From positions 197,842,001 through 197,906,000 of the forward strand of contig NC_091474.1 of assembly GCF_036971445.1 (NCBI RefSeq): DNA of 64,000 bases, read 5' to 3'. The first letter of the stretch is position 1. Each line of letters starts with the position of its first letter. The translations under genes and the position numbers were made by a program. Under the pieces are notes generated by a model. The model was not told the DNA's origin, ran no database searches, and saw only the letters and a program-made list of their open reading frames with translations. Positions 12,577 to 25,349 of the stretch are shown here, one piece after another. The stretch comes from Narcine bancroftii (lineage: Eukaryota).

Positions 12577-13089
12577 GTAACCTTCCATACATTATCTACT
12601 ATACTTCTGGTGTGCTGACCTTTCTGCTAATAAGATCTAAGGTTACTGGATTTGACTGCAGAACTGTATACTTCAATATTAAGAATAGTTCCTAATCTGG
12701 TAACTGACCTTGTGCAGATAGAGGTTTCAAAATTCAAAACCCTGGGAGCATCTGGTAAATAATGCATCCTGTTTTTTTCAGCTTGCTCTTCACTGCAAAT
12801 CAAATGACTTGTATCCTTCCAAAAGCATTAAAAATTTTGATCTTTTGATGCTTTACAATCCAGGTTATTCTCTTTGAAACATTCAACCCTGAATTCTAAA
12901 ATGATGTATCCAACTTCCAATTAAAGGTATATTGACTGCTGCACCTGGATCTTAATTTTTCATGACGTAGTTACTAATTTCATTTCGTGCTCTTTATAAT
13001 AGCTCATTCAAATAACCAACTATTAAGTAAATTCTGCTAATGTTGATTGAAATTGTTAGAAATGTTTTAAGTTAACATGGATATATTCC

Positions 13090-13710
13090 TGGCGATTGAC
13101 GTAAGTACCATGTATCCTAGGACATGGGAAGCTAGGGAAGACATTGTAAAGGCCCTGGTGAAGGTTTTGCACAATTTTTAGTCACAGATGAGCTATTTGA
13201 AGGCTGGAGGGTGGATATTATTGTGCTTTAATTTAAGATAGGCAGCAAGAAACTTCAGGATGATGAACCTAACATGAGTAGAAAATGCCTGGAAAGGATT
13301 ATAAAGGACTGAATCTACCAGCATTTGGAAGGATTTATTGGGGATTATCAGCATAGCCTTGTGCATGGTATATTGAGTCTGAGAAATTAGAATGTTTTGA
13401 AGAGTTGACAGGATTGATGAGAGCAAAGCAATGGATGATGTCTTTAAGGACGTTATCAAGGCCTTTGACAATTTCCTACTTGGAAGGCTAGTCCAGAAGA
13501 TGAAATTACATGGGATCCAAGATGAACAAGCCCATTGGATTCAAACTGACTTCGAGTCACAGGGTGCTAGTAAAAGGTTGTTTTTCAGATTGGAGTCCTC
13601 CGACCAGTGGTGTGCCACAGGGGTTGGGTGTTAGGTCTAACGTTATTTATCATTTGAATGATTTGGAAGGCAAAGCAGTTAGATGCAAGATGTACAGATT
13701 TAGAAAATGA
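13090..13710 (+). mobile_element. Decayed CR1-like LINE RT fragment
   Basis: KAFD..L.GRLVQK and SDW...TSGVPQG motifs in ORFs 13431 and 13510. Confidence 0.8.
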
Positions 13711-13879
13711 TCAATGAACAGAAGATTTAATCTGGAGTGGAATAAAAAAATGACTAAATTCAAACTAGTATTATTATCCTTTGAAATATTTTAAAAAAGA
13801 ACAATGGTTGTAATCCTCAATTTTTGTTCACAGTTTTGAGATCCAGTAATGATTTGTTGAATGCTGAAGTAACTGTTAT

Positions 13880-16380
13880 AGTTAAAAACACAATGCTGGA
13901 GAAACTCAGTAGGTCAGTTTACTTTATATAGCAAAGATACAGAACCAATGTTTCGGGTGTGAACCCTTCATCAAGGTATGAACAAAATGTAGGCAGGTCC
14001 CCATACAGAATGGTGGGAGGTGGAGGGACACGAGCCCACAGACGGAAGGTAATAGGAGGATGAGAGAGAGTGAGCACACCAACAAACAGAGGAAGGAGAG
14101 ATGGCTTCATGAATGGAGAGTGTAAGGGGAGGAGAGCTGGATGAAAAAAGATACAGGGATGGAGAAGAGAGGGAAAACTTAGAGTGGACTCATAGAAACC
14201 AGAGAAGTCGACGTTAATGGCATCCAGTTGGAGAGTGTCCAGACAAAATGTTAGGTGTTGCTCCTCTAATTTAAGGGCAGCCTTAGTTTGACAATACTTG
14301 AGGCCATGCAGAGACATGTCTGTGCAGGAGTGGGATGCAGAATTGAAACTCTTGGCCACTTGGGGGGGGGGGGGGTCCCTGTCATTGATGTGGACAGTCC
14401 GAAGTGAACTTTTAGTCTGCGTCCAGTCTCCTATGTAGAGAAGACCATGACAAGAGAACCTGATGCAGTCCTGTAGATTTACATGTGAAGTGTTGTTTCA
14501 TTTGCAAGGACTATTTGGATCCCCGAATGGTAATGAGGGAGGAATGTGAGTGCCTGGAAAGGATTATAAAGGACTGAATCTACCAGCATTTGGAAGGATT
14601 TCCTCTCCTGCAGAGGAAGGTGCCAAGAAGACAATTGATGGGAAAGGATGAGTAAACGAGGGTGGTCACGGAGTGAACAGTCCCTACTGGAGGTGGAGAA
14701 GGGAAGATGTGTCTGGTGGTGGGATCATGTTTTAGGTTACAAAAATTCTGGAAGATAATGTGTTGGATGCAGAGGCTAGTGGAGCACTCATCTAAGAGAG
14801 GGAACAAAGTAGGACAGCAGCTGCTGCATCTCCTGTTCTTGTACAGCAGGACACCATTGGATTGGAAGACAAGTACTGAGGGTAATTAAGGTCAAGGGGA
14901 ATCTTGTTATTGTTGCATTTTGGACAGAGGAGCCAGGCCAAATGAGTGGGAAATGGAGGAGATGCCAATGAGGGCTGAGTTGGTGGTAGAGGGGAGGCCA
15001 TTTTTTTGAAAGAAGGAGAACATCTCGGATGATCTGGACTAGAAGTCCACATCTCGGGAGCAGATATGACAGAGACAAAGGAATTGAAGGAATTATGTAT
15101 AGTCAAGGTAGTTGTGGGAGTTTGTAAGTCTATATATAAAAAAAAATTATTTTGAAAGCTTGTCTCCCAAGATGGAGATAGAGACTAACTAGCTGGAGTG
15201 TTCACAGATATTTTCAACTTCTCATTGCTGCAGTCAAAAGTTCCCACCTGCTTTAAAAGGGCATCAATCATCCCAGTGCCCAAGCAGAGTAGTGTGAGCT
15301 GCCTCAACAACTATCACACAGTGGCACTAACTTCTACTGTGATGAAATACTTTGAGAGGCTGGTCATGGCCAGAATTAACACGCATTTAAACAAAGATCT
15401 GAACCCACTGCAATTCGCCTATCGTCACAATCACTCCACACGAGATGCAATATCACTGGCTCTCCACTCAGCTCTGGATCACCTCGAAAACAGCAACTCA
15501 TACATACATCTGCTCTTCATTGATGACATCTCAGCCTTCAATACCATTATTCCCTCAGTGCTGGTCAAGAAACTACAAACACTGGACCTCTGTACTTCCC
15601 CTCTGTAACTGGATCCTTGACTTTCTTATCGGAAGACCACAAACAGTACGAATTAGAAGCAACGTCTCCTCTTCACTAATTATCAGCGCAGCCGCACCCA
15701 AAGGATGTGTGCTTAGCCCACTGTTCTTCTCATTATACACGCATGACTGTGAGGCCAGGCTCAATTTCAGTGCTATCTAGAAGTTTGACAATGACAAATT
15801 CTGGCTGGTTGCATCACTGTCTGGTGTGGATATGCCAAATCTCAGGACAAGAAAATACTCCATAAGGTTGTTAACTCGGCCTGCGACATCACAGGTGCCA
15901 TTGAGGACATCTACATGAGGCGGTGTCTTAAAAAAGCAGCCTCTATCTTCAAAGACCCCCACCACCCAGGCCATGGCCTCTTCACTCTGCTACCATTAGG
16001 AAGGAGGTACGGGAGCCTAAAGATGAGCACTCAGCGGCACAGTTAGCTTCTTCCCCACTACCATCAATGAACTAAAGACACTGCCTTACTTTTCGTGCAC
16101 TACCATTTTTATTTTTTTTTAATATATTAGTATTGTAAGATGATTCATATTATGAATGTTTGCACTTCAATGATGCAGCAAAACACCAAATTGCAAAACT
16201 TGTTCATGACAATGAATTCTGATTCTGAGAGATCAAGAAAGGAGAGATTGTTGTCTTGAGATGGACCAAGTGAATTTGAGGTCAGTGTGAAAGTTAGCAA
16301 AAACGGATTAAAGTTGATGAGCTCATCACGGGTGCATGAGGCAGCATCAATGTAGCAGAAGAAGAGTTGAAGAGCTTTGC
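13880..16380 (-). mobile_element. Decayed Penelope-like element, split by a Rex1/Babar insertion
   Basis: ORF 13919..14359 has the PLE endonuclease C-terminus (FNSASHS..DMS..GL..CQ....KLEEQHL.F.L.TLQ...IN.DFS). RT remnant FH..LKFTWSIS....FLDL at about 16230-16350. Confidence 0.85.
15185..16226 (+). mobile_element. Rex1/Babar-like LINE RT with internal deletion, nested in the Penelope-like element
   Basis: ORF 15198..15608 reads VPTCFKRASIIPVPK...VALTSTVMKYFERLV...PLQFAYR...[14 protein letters not shown]; ends in an attctgattct tail. Confidence 0.9.
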
Positions 16381-18579
16381 CAGAACTTGTTTCAGCTTCA
16401 TTTTAAGTGCAGAAAGCAATGGATTAATGGAATAGGTAAGTTTTGGAGAAAATTGAAATGCAAAGTGACTGGAAACCCAAGGCAATGAAGAACAAATAAA
16501 TCATTAACTGGAAGCAGTATCTAGAGCACTCATCTAAGAGAGGGAACAAAGCAGGACAGCAGCTGCTGCATCTCCTGTTCTTCAGAATTCCATTGGATTG
16601 GAAGGCAGGTATTGGGGGGATATTGATCCATTAAATGGAGATGCTGATTTGATGGAAATTAAAGATAATTTTGTCCATGTTCTGGATAGTAGGTGACTGT
16701 ACCAGAAATTAAATGAATTGCTGAGGCCAGCAGCTATCAGTTGAGTAGGGTCCTTGTTGAGAAAGGAGGATTGTTTTGAAAGTACTTATTTGAAAGATGG
16801 TATTGAGCGAATAGTTGCCCTCATAGAAAGCAAGAAAGGAGGTGTCTAATAAAATGCCTTGTTTAAAGTCAATAGGCTTGTAGTATATGCCTGTGTGTGT
16901 ACATATATATATTACCAACAAATAGAGATAATTTACAAAAGTGTTCAAGCTGGAATCTGTCAAGGCCAAAGACATTTGGAATTTGGAAATGGTGGCAGCT
17001 GATGGAATTTTCCCATGGAATTAAGACATATATCAGTGTGCTGGGAAAAAGATGAGGGAGGAAATCGGAGCATGATTGAAATTGTCACTCCTGCTAACTT
17101 TCTCCCTATCCCCTTTCTACACTTGTTCCCATCCCCACTCCCTCATCCATCTCCAATGGAAGCAGGCATAGCTGTGGCCTGAATTACTTCCTGTTGCAAC
17201 ATATTTTTGTTTGAAGGGAATGGATTGGAAAAGTTCCAAGAAAATGTTGAGCAAGGTGCAAGAGAACTGTGGTAGATGGAAAAATGGTCTGAGATTATGT
17301 GTATTGTCTTGTAGTACAGAAGCTGGCCATTAAAGTGCTCAGCTGGACACATAAATGCTGTCAGCAACCATGCTTCCACTGCTCTCACAGTACCTGCTAT
17401 TTTTTGAATGATAAATTCCCCCTGAATTTCTTTAATTCCCATAAAGCTATGTCCTCTGACTTTATTCATCTCTAAGGGTAGACTGCAGGAAATTTTTCCT
17501 TTATCTCTACCTTTCATAGTTTTCTATGGTACAGCACATTAAAAGCCCTTCGGCTTATGGTGTTCTGCCTGCCTCTATAAGCCTATTCTATGGTCAATCT
17601 AAGCCTTCCCTCCCTCAAAGTCCCTAATCCTCCATTTTTCATGTATCTATGTGCCTAAGTTTTTAAAATATCCCTATTAACAACCTTCAGTCAAGAGAAA
17701 GCAGACTTAACCTCTTCAGTCTCTCCTTGTAACTGAAAGGCTCCATCCCAGTAAACATCGTGGTGAATCTCCTTCGCACCATGAATTCCCAGTGTGTGAT
17801 ATTTCTTATTCATTTCAGTTTGTTTTCTGTAACAAATTTTTTTACACCTCTTTTGTGTTGTTAGGCTTTGCTTTCGTTTCTTGTTTTTTTTTTCGCTCTT
17901 TCACAGTCTTTCAGAACTTTCATATTTATCCATTTTATTTTTCTGTTCTCTGCTAACTGCAGGATTGCGCATTTCAACTGCATGATGAGAGTTTTGTGCT
18001 TTGGTTGTCATGTTTTCAATGATTTTCAAGTGGATTCTTTAGATATGACTGCTTGAAAAGGATTTTAGGTTAAAAAAAACATTTTTATAGCTGCTCTGTT
18101 ACTTTTTGTTTATTTTCTCTCAACTAGAGCTATAGGATATGTTTGAGGCTTTTTCATCTTCTGAAAAGACACCCCAAATTGAGAAAATTGTTTTTTTTTT
18201 CTTGTAAAAGTAGAGTACTGAAGATTTTGAAATCAAACAAAAATTGTAAAGAATGAGTAATATGTTGTACAGCATTTTCACACAGAGAGAATACAATGTT
18301 TTGAAAGATTATTAATCTGAAATATTAAAATTATTACCACAAATATTGCCTGATATATTTCTGGGTGCCTTGACTTTTTGTTTCTTGTGAAAATTGTTCC
18401 TTGTTTCCCTCAGCCTGCTGCTAATAGCATTGGCTAAAGGACGCAGAATATCAGTCATATGAAGGAGGAGGTGTTCGCAGTCTTGAGCTGCGTAAATTTT
18501 GAAAAAAATTCCTACAGCTGAACAAAGTACAATTTAGAGCTTTGTGGAAGCAATAGAAAAAAATTGCTGAGAAGAGATT

Positions 18580-20900
18580 TTTTTATACATGGGCAAGGTA
18601 CTGGAAAACTAGAGGGTGGCTTATGTGTTTTTATTTAAGAAAAGTTGTAAGGACAAGCCAGAGAGCTATAGTCTAGTGAGCCTCATGTCAGTTGAGCAAA
18701 AATTACTGGAGAAGATTCAAAAGGCCAGGACTGATAAGGAATAGTCAGCATAGCTTTGGGCATGTTCCACAATTTTTTTTTTCTTTTTGAAAAGTTGATC
18801 ACGAGCATTGATGAGGATAAGGCAGACATCATAGCCCACATGGACTTCAGCTACTTTTTTTGACAAGGTTCCATCAGGTGAGATTGCATGGGGACTGCAG
18901 TGAGTTAACCTATTGGTTATAAAATTGGCTTGGTGGAAGGAGTCAGAGGGTGGTAGTGGAGGACTAATTTTTTAGATTGAAGACTTGTGAAAATTGGTGC
19001 ACAACTGGAATTAGTGCTAGGTCCCTTGTTTGTCAGAAACTAATTTGGATGAGAATGAGTGGCAGGATTACTCAAAAATTGGCAGTGTGTGGATAGTGAA
19101 GAAAGTTATCTTGGTTACAGTATCAGTTCAACTGGGAAAACAAGCAAAGCATGGCAGATGGAATTTAATTTGGACAAGTTTGAAATGATACATCCTTTTA
19201 AGTTAAACTAGGACAGAACATGCACAGTAAATGGATGGGGCCTGGGCAGAGTTGTAGGAAAGGGAAACCCTAGAGTTTGTACACAGTTAAGCAAACAAGG
19301 TGGTTAAGAAGGCATATTGTATAGCTGTCTTTATCAATCAGGGCATTGAGTATAGGCATTGAAGTATTGTTACCATTGTACAAGATGTTGAGACTGCATA
19401 GTTTTTGATTTTGTTTGCCATGCTACAGGTAGGATATGAGAGGATGAAGATTCACAAGGATATTTCTGGGACTGAAGGGATTGTGTTATCACGAGAGGCT
19501 GAATAGGCTGGGATGTGCAATACATGTAACTCAGCAGGCCATGCATCATCCATAGGAAGTAAAAGGTAACCAGTGTTTCGGACCTGAACCTTTCGTCAGG
19601 AATTAGGGAAAATGGGTAGATGCCTGAATATAAAGAAGAGGGAGGACCAGAGGCTAACAGGTGAGAGATAATGGATGGATACAGGTGAGAGGGTCGAAGA
19701 CGTAGAAGCTGAGAAGTGATGGGGGAGTGGGCCAAAAATGTTAGTTCTCTAATTGGAGAAGGAAGGGAAGAGGGTGGGGGGCTGGGGGGAATAGAGAAAA
19801 AGGTAGGGAGTGAGAGACTGAGGGAAAGGTTTGACTGAAATTGGAGAAGCTAATATCAATGCTGTTTGGTTAGAGAGAGCCGAGGTGGAATATAAGATGT
19901 ACTTCTAATTTGCGAGTGGCTTTAATTTGGCAGGACATGAAGCCGTGGACAAACGTCCCAGTGTGGTATGAAATTAGTTACTGGAGGAAGTGGCAGAAGT
20001 CAGGACAGCTGCAAAATTTATAAGACTGGTTTTGAGACATGAAAGGTTTAGAAGGATAAAGGCCAAATATAGGCAAGTGGGCCTAGCTTTGGAAGGCATG
20101 CAAGTCAGCATGGGCAAGTTGCTGAAGGGCCTGTTTCTGTGCTGTACAACTCTAGCAAATTGGTCATATTGGAGTTGTATCAAAAGGAATGAGCTTGAGC
20201 ACTATGCTACTTCTTACAAATGCTCGGATGAAAAAAAGGATGTTTTTAATAGCAGTAGAGTGATGATACCTTTGGAAGGTCAAATGCAAGTAGAAAGTGT
20301 ACAGAAGGATCTTTCAGAGTGGTTCTACAGAGTGAATTAGGGTGGTAAGTCCATAACTCCCTGGAAGTGCCAACTCAAGTAGACCAGGTATAAAAATGCA
20401 CACAGGATGCTTCCCTTCATTGGTTAGGCCATTGAGTATAAAAATTAGGAACTGCTTTTGCAACTGTTTAAAACTCTGGTCAGGTCATATTTGGAGTATT
20501 GTGAACCGTTCTGGTCAACTCCATAGGAAGAATGTTGATATTTTAGACTGGGTACAGGAAAAGTTTACCAGGATGTGGCCTGAATTGGAGTGTCTTGGGT
20601 AGAAAGATTAAACAAAATTTTATCCTTCTCTCGAGTGTCAGAGGCTGAGGGGCAACTGAAGGACATTTGAGAGGCATGGGTAGAATAGATAGTCTTTATT
20701 CCCAGGGTGGAAATGCCAAATTACAGATGGTCTAAAGGATTTTTTTTCAGTGTTAATTGCCTAGAATGCAGTCCCATAGGAGTTGGTGAATCAGATACAA
20801 TAGCAGTTTAAGAGATACATAGACAGACAGGAACAAATAGGAAATAGACCACATGCAGGCAGATTCTATATTCCATTCCCAGTCTAGAAATCCAGAGACC
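18580..20900 (+). mobile_element. Decayed CR1-like LINE fragments flanking a Penelope-like insert
   Basis: Degenerate YMDF..FDKVP, LQLFKTLVR..LEYC..FWS and LE..RLRG-type segments. Confidence 0.7.
19525..19980 (-). mobile_element. Penelope-like element 3' fragment
   Basis: Same terminal module as at 13880 (actcagcagg...gtttcgg...ttcgtcagg), followed by a purine-rich stretch and a KLEEH-like endonuclease tail. Confidence 0.75.
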
Positions 20901-21279
20901 TGGAATAAAAAGACAGACAGCAAAGGATGTTTAAATTTAGTTAATCTGGAATTTAAATGGAAATAGAAACTATTTCTACATTTGTAAAAGCCCATATGGA
21001 TCACTTGGTCCATGAAATATCTATTTTCTTTTGTTCTGCCCCACCAGTGATGATTGTTATATCAAAGTGGTTGATTGCAATGGCTAGCAAGTCACTCAGT
21101 TCAAGGACTACTGGAGATCATCAGTAAATGCTGGCCTTGTTCAGATAGTTTAAAAATGCATTTCTTTAATAAAAGAAAATGTAATGCTATGGCTGATCTG
21201 TCAAAACCTAGTCACTTATTCTTAGAAACTTCAGCAGCAAAAATTTAATATTGGTAAGCTTTCTGAAAATACTTGAGGT

Positions 21280-22270
21280 AAAACACAAAAAAAAACTGGA
21301 GAAACTCAGCAGGTCAAACAGTGTCCTTTATGTAGCAAAGGTAAAAATATATAACCAACGTTTTAGGCTTGAGCCCTTCAACAAGGTATGAGAGAATGTT
21401 GACAGGCATCTGGAAAAAAAAGATGGGGGGGATGGCAAAGGCAGGAGATGACAGGTGGAGAAGGGAGTGAGGGGACAGCAGCAATCAGGAGAAGGAGGGG
21501 TGGCTGGGTGGATAGACGGGGTTAAGGAAGGGGAGAACTAAGGGAAAAGGGGAGGGAAAGAAAAAGCAAGCAAGTTTAGCAGAAAGCAGAGGTCAATGTT
21601 AATGCCATCTGGTTGGAGAGTGCCCAGAGGGAAAATAAAGTGTTGTTCCTCCAATCTTCAGGTGGTCAAGTTGGGATAGTACATAAGGCCATGGACAGAC
21701 ATGTGAATGTGGGAGTGTGACTCAGAATTGAAATGATTGGTTTCTGGGAGGTCACTGTTGTAACGGACGGAGTAGAGGAGCTGAGCAAAGTGATCTCCCT
21801 ATCTGTGGCATCTCTCTGACGTAAAGAAGACCACAAAGGGAGCACCGGATACAGCAAATCAGTCCTGCTTCACTTGAAAGGCCTGCTTGGGCCCCAAACT
21901 ACGATGAGGAAGGTGTGGGCGCAAGTGTTGCACCTCCTGCGATCACAGGGGAAGGTGCCGGGGGGTGGGGTGCAATAGGTGGGGACGGATGAGTGCACGA
22001 GGGAATCACGGAGGGAGTGGTCCCTACGGAAGGCTGAGGTTGAAGAAGGAAAAATGTGTCTGGCTGTGGGATCCTATTTTAAGTGCTGGAAATTCTGGAG
22101 GATAATATGTTGGATGCTGATGGGATGGTAGGTGAGGATGAGGAGAATTCCATGTTTTGTGAGTCTGGGGCAGAAGGGGCCAGGGCAGATGAGCAGGACA
22201 TGGAGGAGATGCAGGTGAGGGCTAAGTTAATAGTGGTGGAAGGAAAGACATGTTTAGAAGAAGATAGACA
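21280..22270 (-). mobile_element. Penelope-like element 3' fragment (GIY-YIG region)
   Basis: Colinear with 13880-15020; minus strand gives KIGGTTL/TLQPDGINIDL, GTFPCDRRRCNTC and HFNSESHSH-like remnants. Confidence 0.8.
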
Positions 22271-24870
22271 TTTACTTTTGAAAATACTTGAGGATAAATT
22301 GCTTTTTCATCATTTTAAAGGAGCAATATAATTTTCAGAAGCAAGCCTGCTGTTCTAATCTCATCAAAAAGATGATGATTTGACTGCCTTTAGTCCAAAA
22401 TTCAGCTATGGTAAATTAAAAATTTGTAAAAACCAAAATCGTTTGACATCAAATCTGTCAGGGGTCAATTATAGCTGGACTGGAGCCACACAGAGTATTT
22501 TGATGTCATCCTTTATAAAAAGGAGGTGCTTGTGACTGGGAGTACAATGGGAATTCATCATTCTAATTCCAGGGAGGGCAATCTTTCATGTAAGGAATAA
22601 TTTAGTCAGCTGGTTCCTTATTTTATCGAGCTTAGAATAATACAGTATGACCTTGAAATATGCAAAATATTCTGAAGACTTGACAGAGTAGATTCAGGGA
22701 AAATGTTTCCTATGGCTGAAGAGTATAGAACTAGTGGTCTATCTAAATAAATTGTAAGCCATTTAGGATTAAGTTGAATCTTTTTTAATTCAAAAGGGTA
22801 GTAAATTTTTGGAATTATTTTCCTCGATGTTGTGTTGGCTCATTGGGTATGATCTGATAGAATTTAAATAGAATTATGAGGCCTAGTTATGTTTTGATCT
22901 TTATCTAAAGCCCATAGGTTAAAAAAAATGCACTTTTTCCAATCTTTGTCTATCTCTACTGACCACTACATTGAAAAAGGATAGAAAACATGAAAAAAGA
23001 CATAGTGTTAACCATTTCACTTCCTCATCTTCACTTTGCCAAACATAATTTTGTATTTTGTTTATCTCTCGGAATGGCTATTATTGTCTTGTTATTTGAG
23101 TTGTCAGTTTAACATCAACAATCTTAGATGAAAATGTATTCAGGAATGCTAAAAAAAAATTATGGCTTATAACTTCTTATTTTACATGCCTTTTAGGGCG
23201 TAACTGATAATACTGAATCAGAATTTATTAAAAATGCAAGACAAGTTCACTGACTTTTGAAATTGACCCAGGTTTTAGACTGGCAGTTCCTGTTAACTCA
23301 GCAAGAAATAAAGAAGACCAATATGCTGGCCTTCATTGCAAGGGGATTGTAATAAAAGAGTAACAAATATTGCTGCATTTATGCAGAGATTTGAGTTTAC
23401 ATCTGGAATATTTGGGCATGGTACACATGGAAATATATATTTGCCTTGGAGACAGCACACAATAGTCATGTGCCACATAACATCCCATAATTATTCAGTT
23501 AGTGTGAGCAAGTCTGCAGCAATTTAGAAAAAGTGATAGCTAGCTATAGGAAATTCTATACTGTATACACAAACTGATCTGACTGCCCCAGTCTCTCTCC
23601 ACAGCCAGGAATCAGTCCCCAAACTAATTCCAATGCCCTGCTTTCACCCCACAGCCCCATATCTGTCTCCACATTGATCCCTACTTGCAAATATATAGTT
23701 TACAGGTACACTACAGAATCTCCTATAGCTTTGTTAAGAATATAATATAGTGTTAGCACAACATCCAAATTGCATAATGTCCTATTTCACAGAACGTATC
23801 ATGGACATTAAGGAATGCATGGCTGTATATACATATAATTGCTTACTGGGATTGGGGACGTCTTGTGTAAAGATTTGGCTGAATGTACACAATAATATTA
23901 GAATGAGAGAAAGCCTTTTTAAAGCAGATATTCTGTGAGAAATTAACCGCAAAGTATAGGAAATATATTTAGCAGATAAGGCAGCATTCTGTGAAGAGAA
24001 AGTTAACATTTCAGCTTCTTAATCTGAGAGTGTTTGATAGGTTGCATGCCAAATACCTTTCTCTCAAGTAGAAATTTTTAGATTCAGGGGTTCAAGGAGT
24101 TGGATAAGGTGAGAAATATCTGACCTCATTCTGTGAATTTTTCTATTTTCTTTCTCAAGGGACATTTTATGTTCATGACGAGATCAATAAATTATTGGAT
24201 ATGCAATGAATTTTGAATTCGTATGCAAGGAATTTTAGACTTGCAAAAAAAGTATGATTTAGCTTTTTTAAAAAAAGTAGAATTAAAATTGAGGATTAAT
24301 GGTAATCTTACTGAATTTTGGAGCATGATCAAAGAACTATCTGGCCTGTTTATAATATCAAAATGAGAATAGTTTTTCCAGCCTCAATAACACTCTCAAT
24401 TAATGCCTCTTGCCCATAGTCCTCATACTATTGACAAATGTTGTGCCCATAAATCATGTTTGTTACATTAAAATATGCTGCCATTGCTAACAAATTTAAA
24501 TGTCCAGTGAGAACTTAATTTTAGAAGATGTGCATGGTGTGATTGCTTGAGTGGGTTAACTTGTTTACTAATGTTTTTAAAATGCAAGAACTTGAATGAG
24601 ATTGCTTTTTAACATGCTCATTCTTGGCCTTTTTTATTTCTAGGATATTTTGAAAGAACAAATCAAAAATTCTTTGAGTTTAACTGAAAATTTTCTTTAA
24701 CATGGAAGTGTGTTATCATGTGTCACTTTTTAACATAAAAGCAAAATTGTAGTATGATGCTGTTTTTCCCTGTGTTTGTGGGAATTTGACTTCAATTAAA
24801 TGCCATATGAAGTTGACTGATGAATTATTGATAAACATATCATAGCTGTGTTGTATTGTTACTTTTTTAG

Positions 24871-24947
24871 GCTCCCAGTAGTCTTTTGGAAGCACTTGAG
24901 CAGCATTTGAATACACTGGAAGGGAAGAAAAATGCAGCTGGCAGTAG
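24871..24947 (+). CDS. SNAP91: SNAP91 internal exon, 77 nt, phase 0-2
   Basis: ttttttag|GCT CCC...AGT AG|gtaatg. Encodes APSSLLEALEQHLNTLEGKKNAAGS. Confidence 0.96.
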
Positions 24948-25349
24948 GTAATGTTGAACCTTGTTGGATCACATTTTTAAAAAAAAAACTTACTATATGT
25001 TTTCTTATAATTGGGCTTTATTTGCTGTGCAGTATCATGAAGTTTTGTGACAAAGTAGCACGTGAAATAATAAAACAATACTTAAATATTCAAATTTTAT
25101 GTTGAAACGCAAGGAATACTTAATTTTATCAAAAGTTCCTTCATGCAGTTAAATATTACTCAATTAAGTAGCATAATTGCATGAAATGTAACCTAAGTTC
25201 TTATCTGGAAATTATTGCTTTTAAACTAGCCTTGTGATTTTAAAAATTGAATGCAAGCTTGAGCTGGATTTAACATAATGATGTAACTTCTGATGGGGAG
25301 GCCACATGACCACCAGCAATAGGCAGGGAGGCCACATCTCCTCCACACA

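Noticed and set aside
17800-18022. Long pyrimidine tract ending in ctaactgcag, a possible alternative terminal exon (DCAFQLHDESFVLWLSCFQ*)
   Set aside because: The CTAAC is too close to the AG to act as branch point, there is no good donor, and T-rich tracts are common in this window.
24644-24700. Strong acceptor (ttttatttctag) about 230 nt upstream of the APSS exon
   Set aside because: The phase-0 frame reaches a stop (DILKEQIKNSLSLTENFL*) with no good donor; probably a cryptic site.
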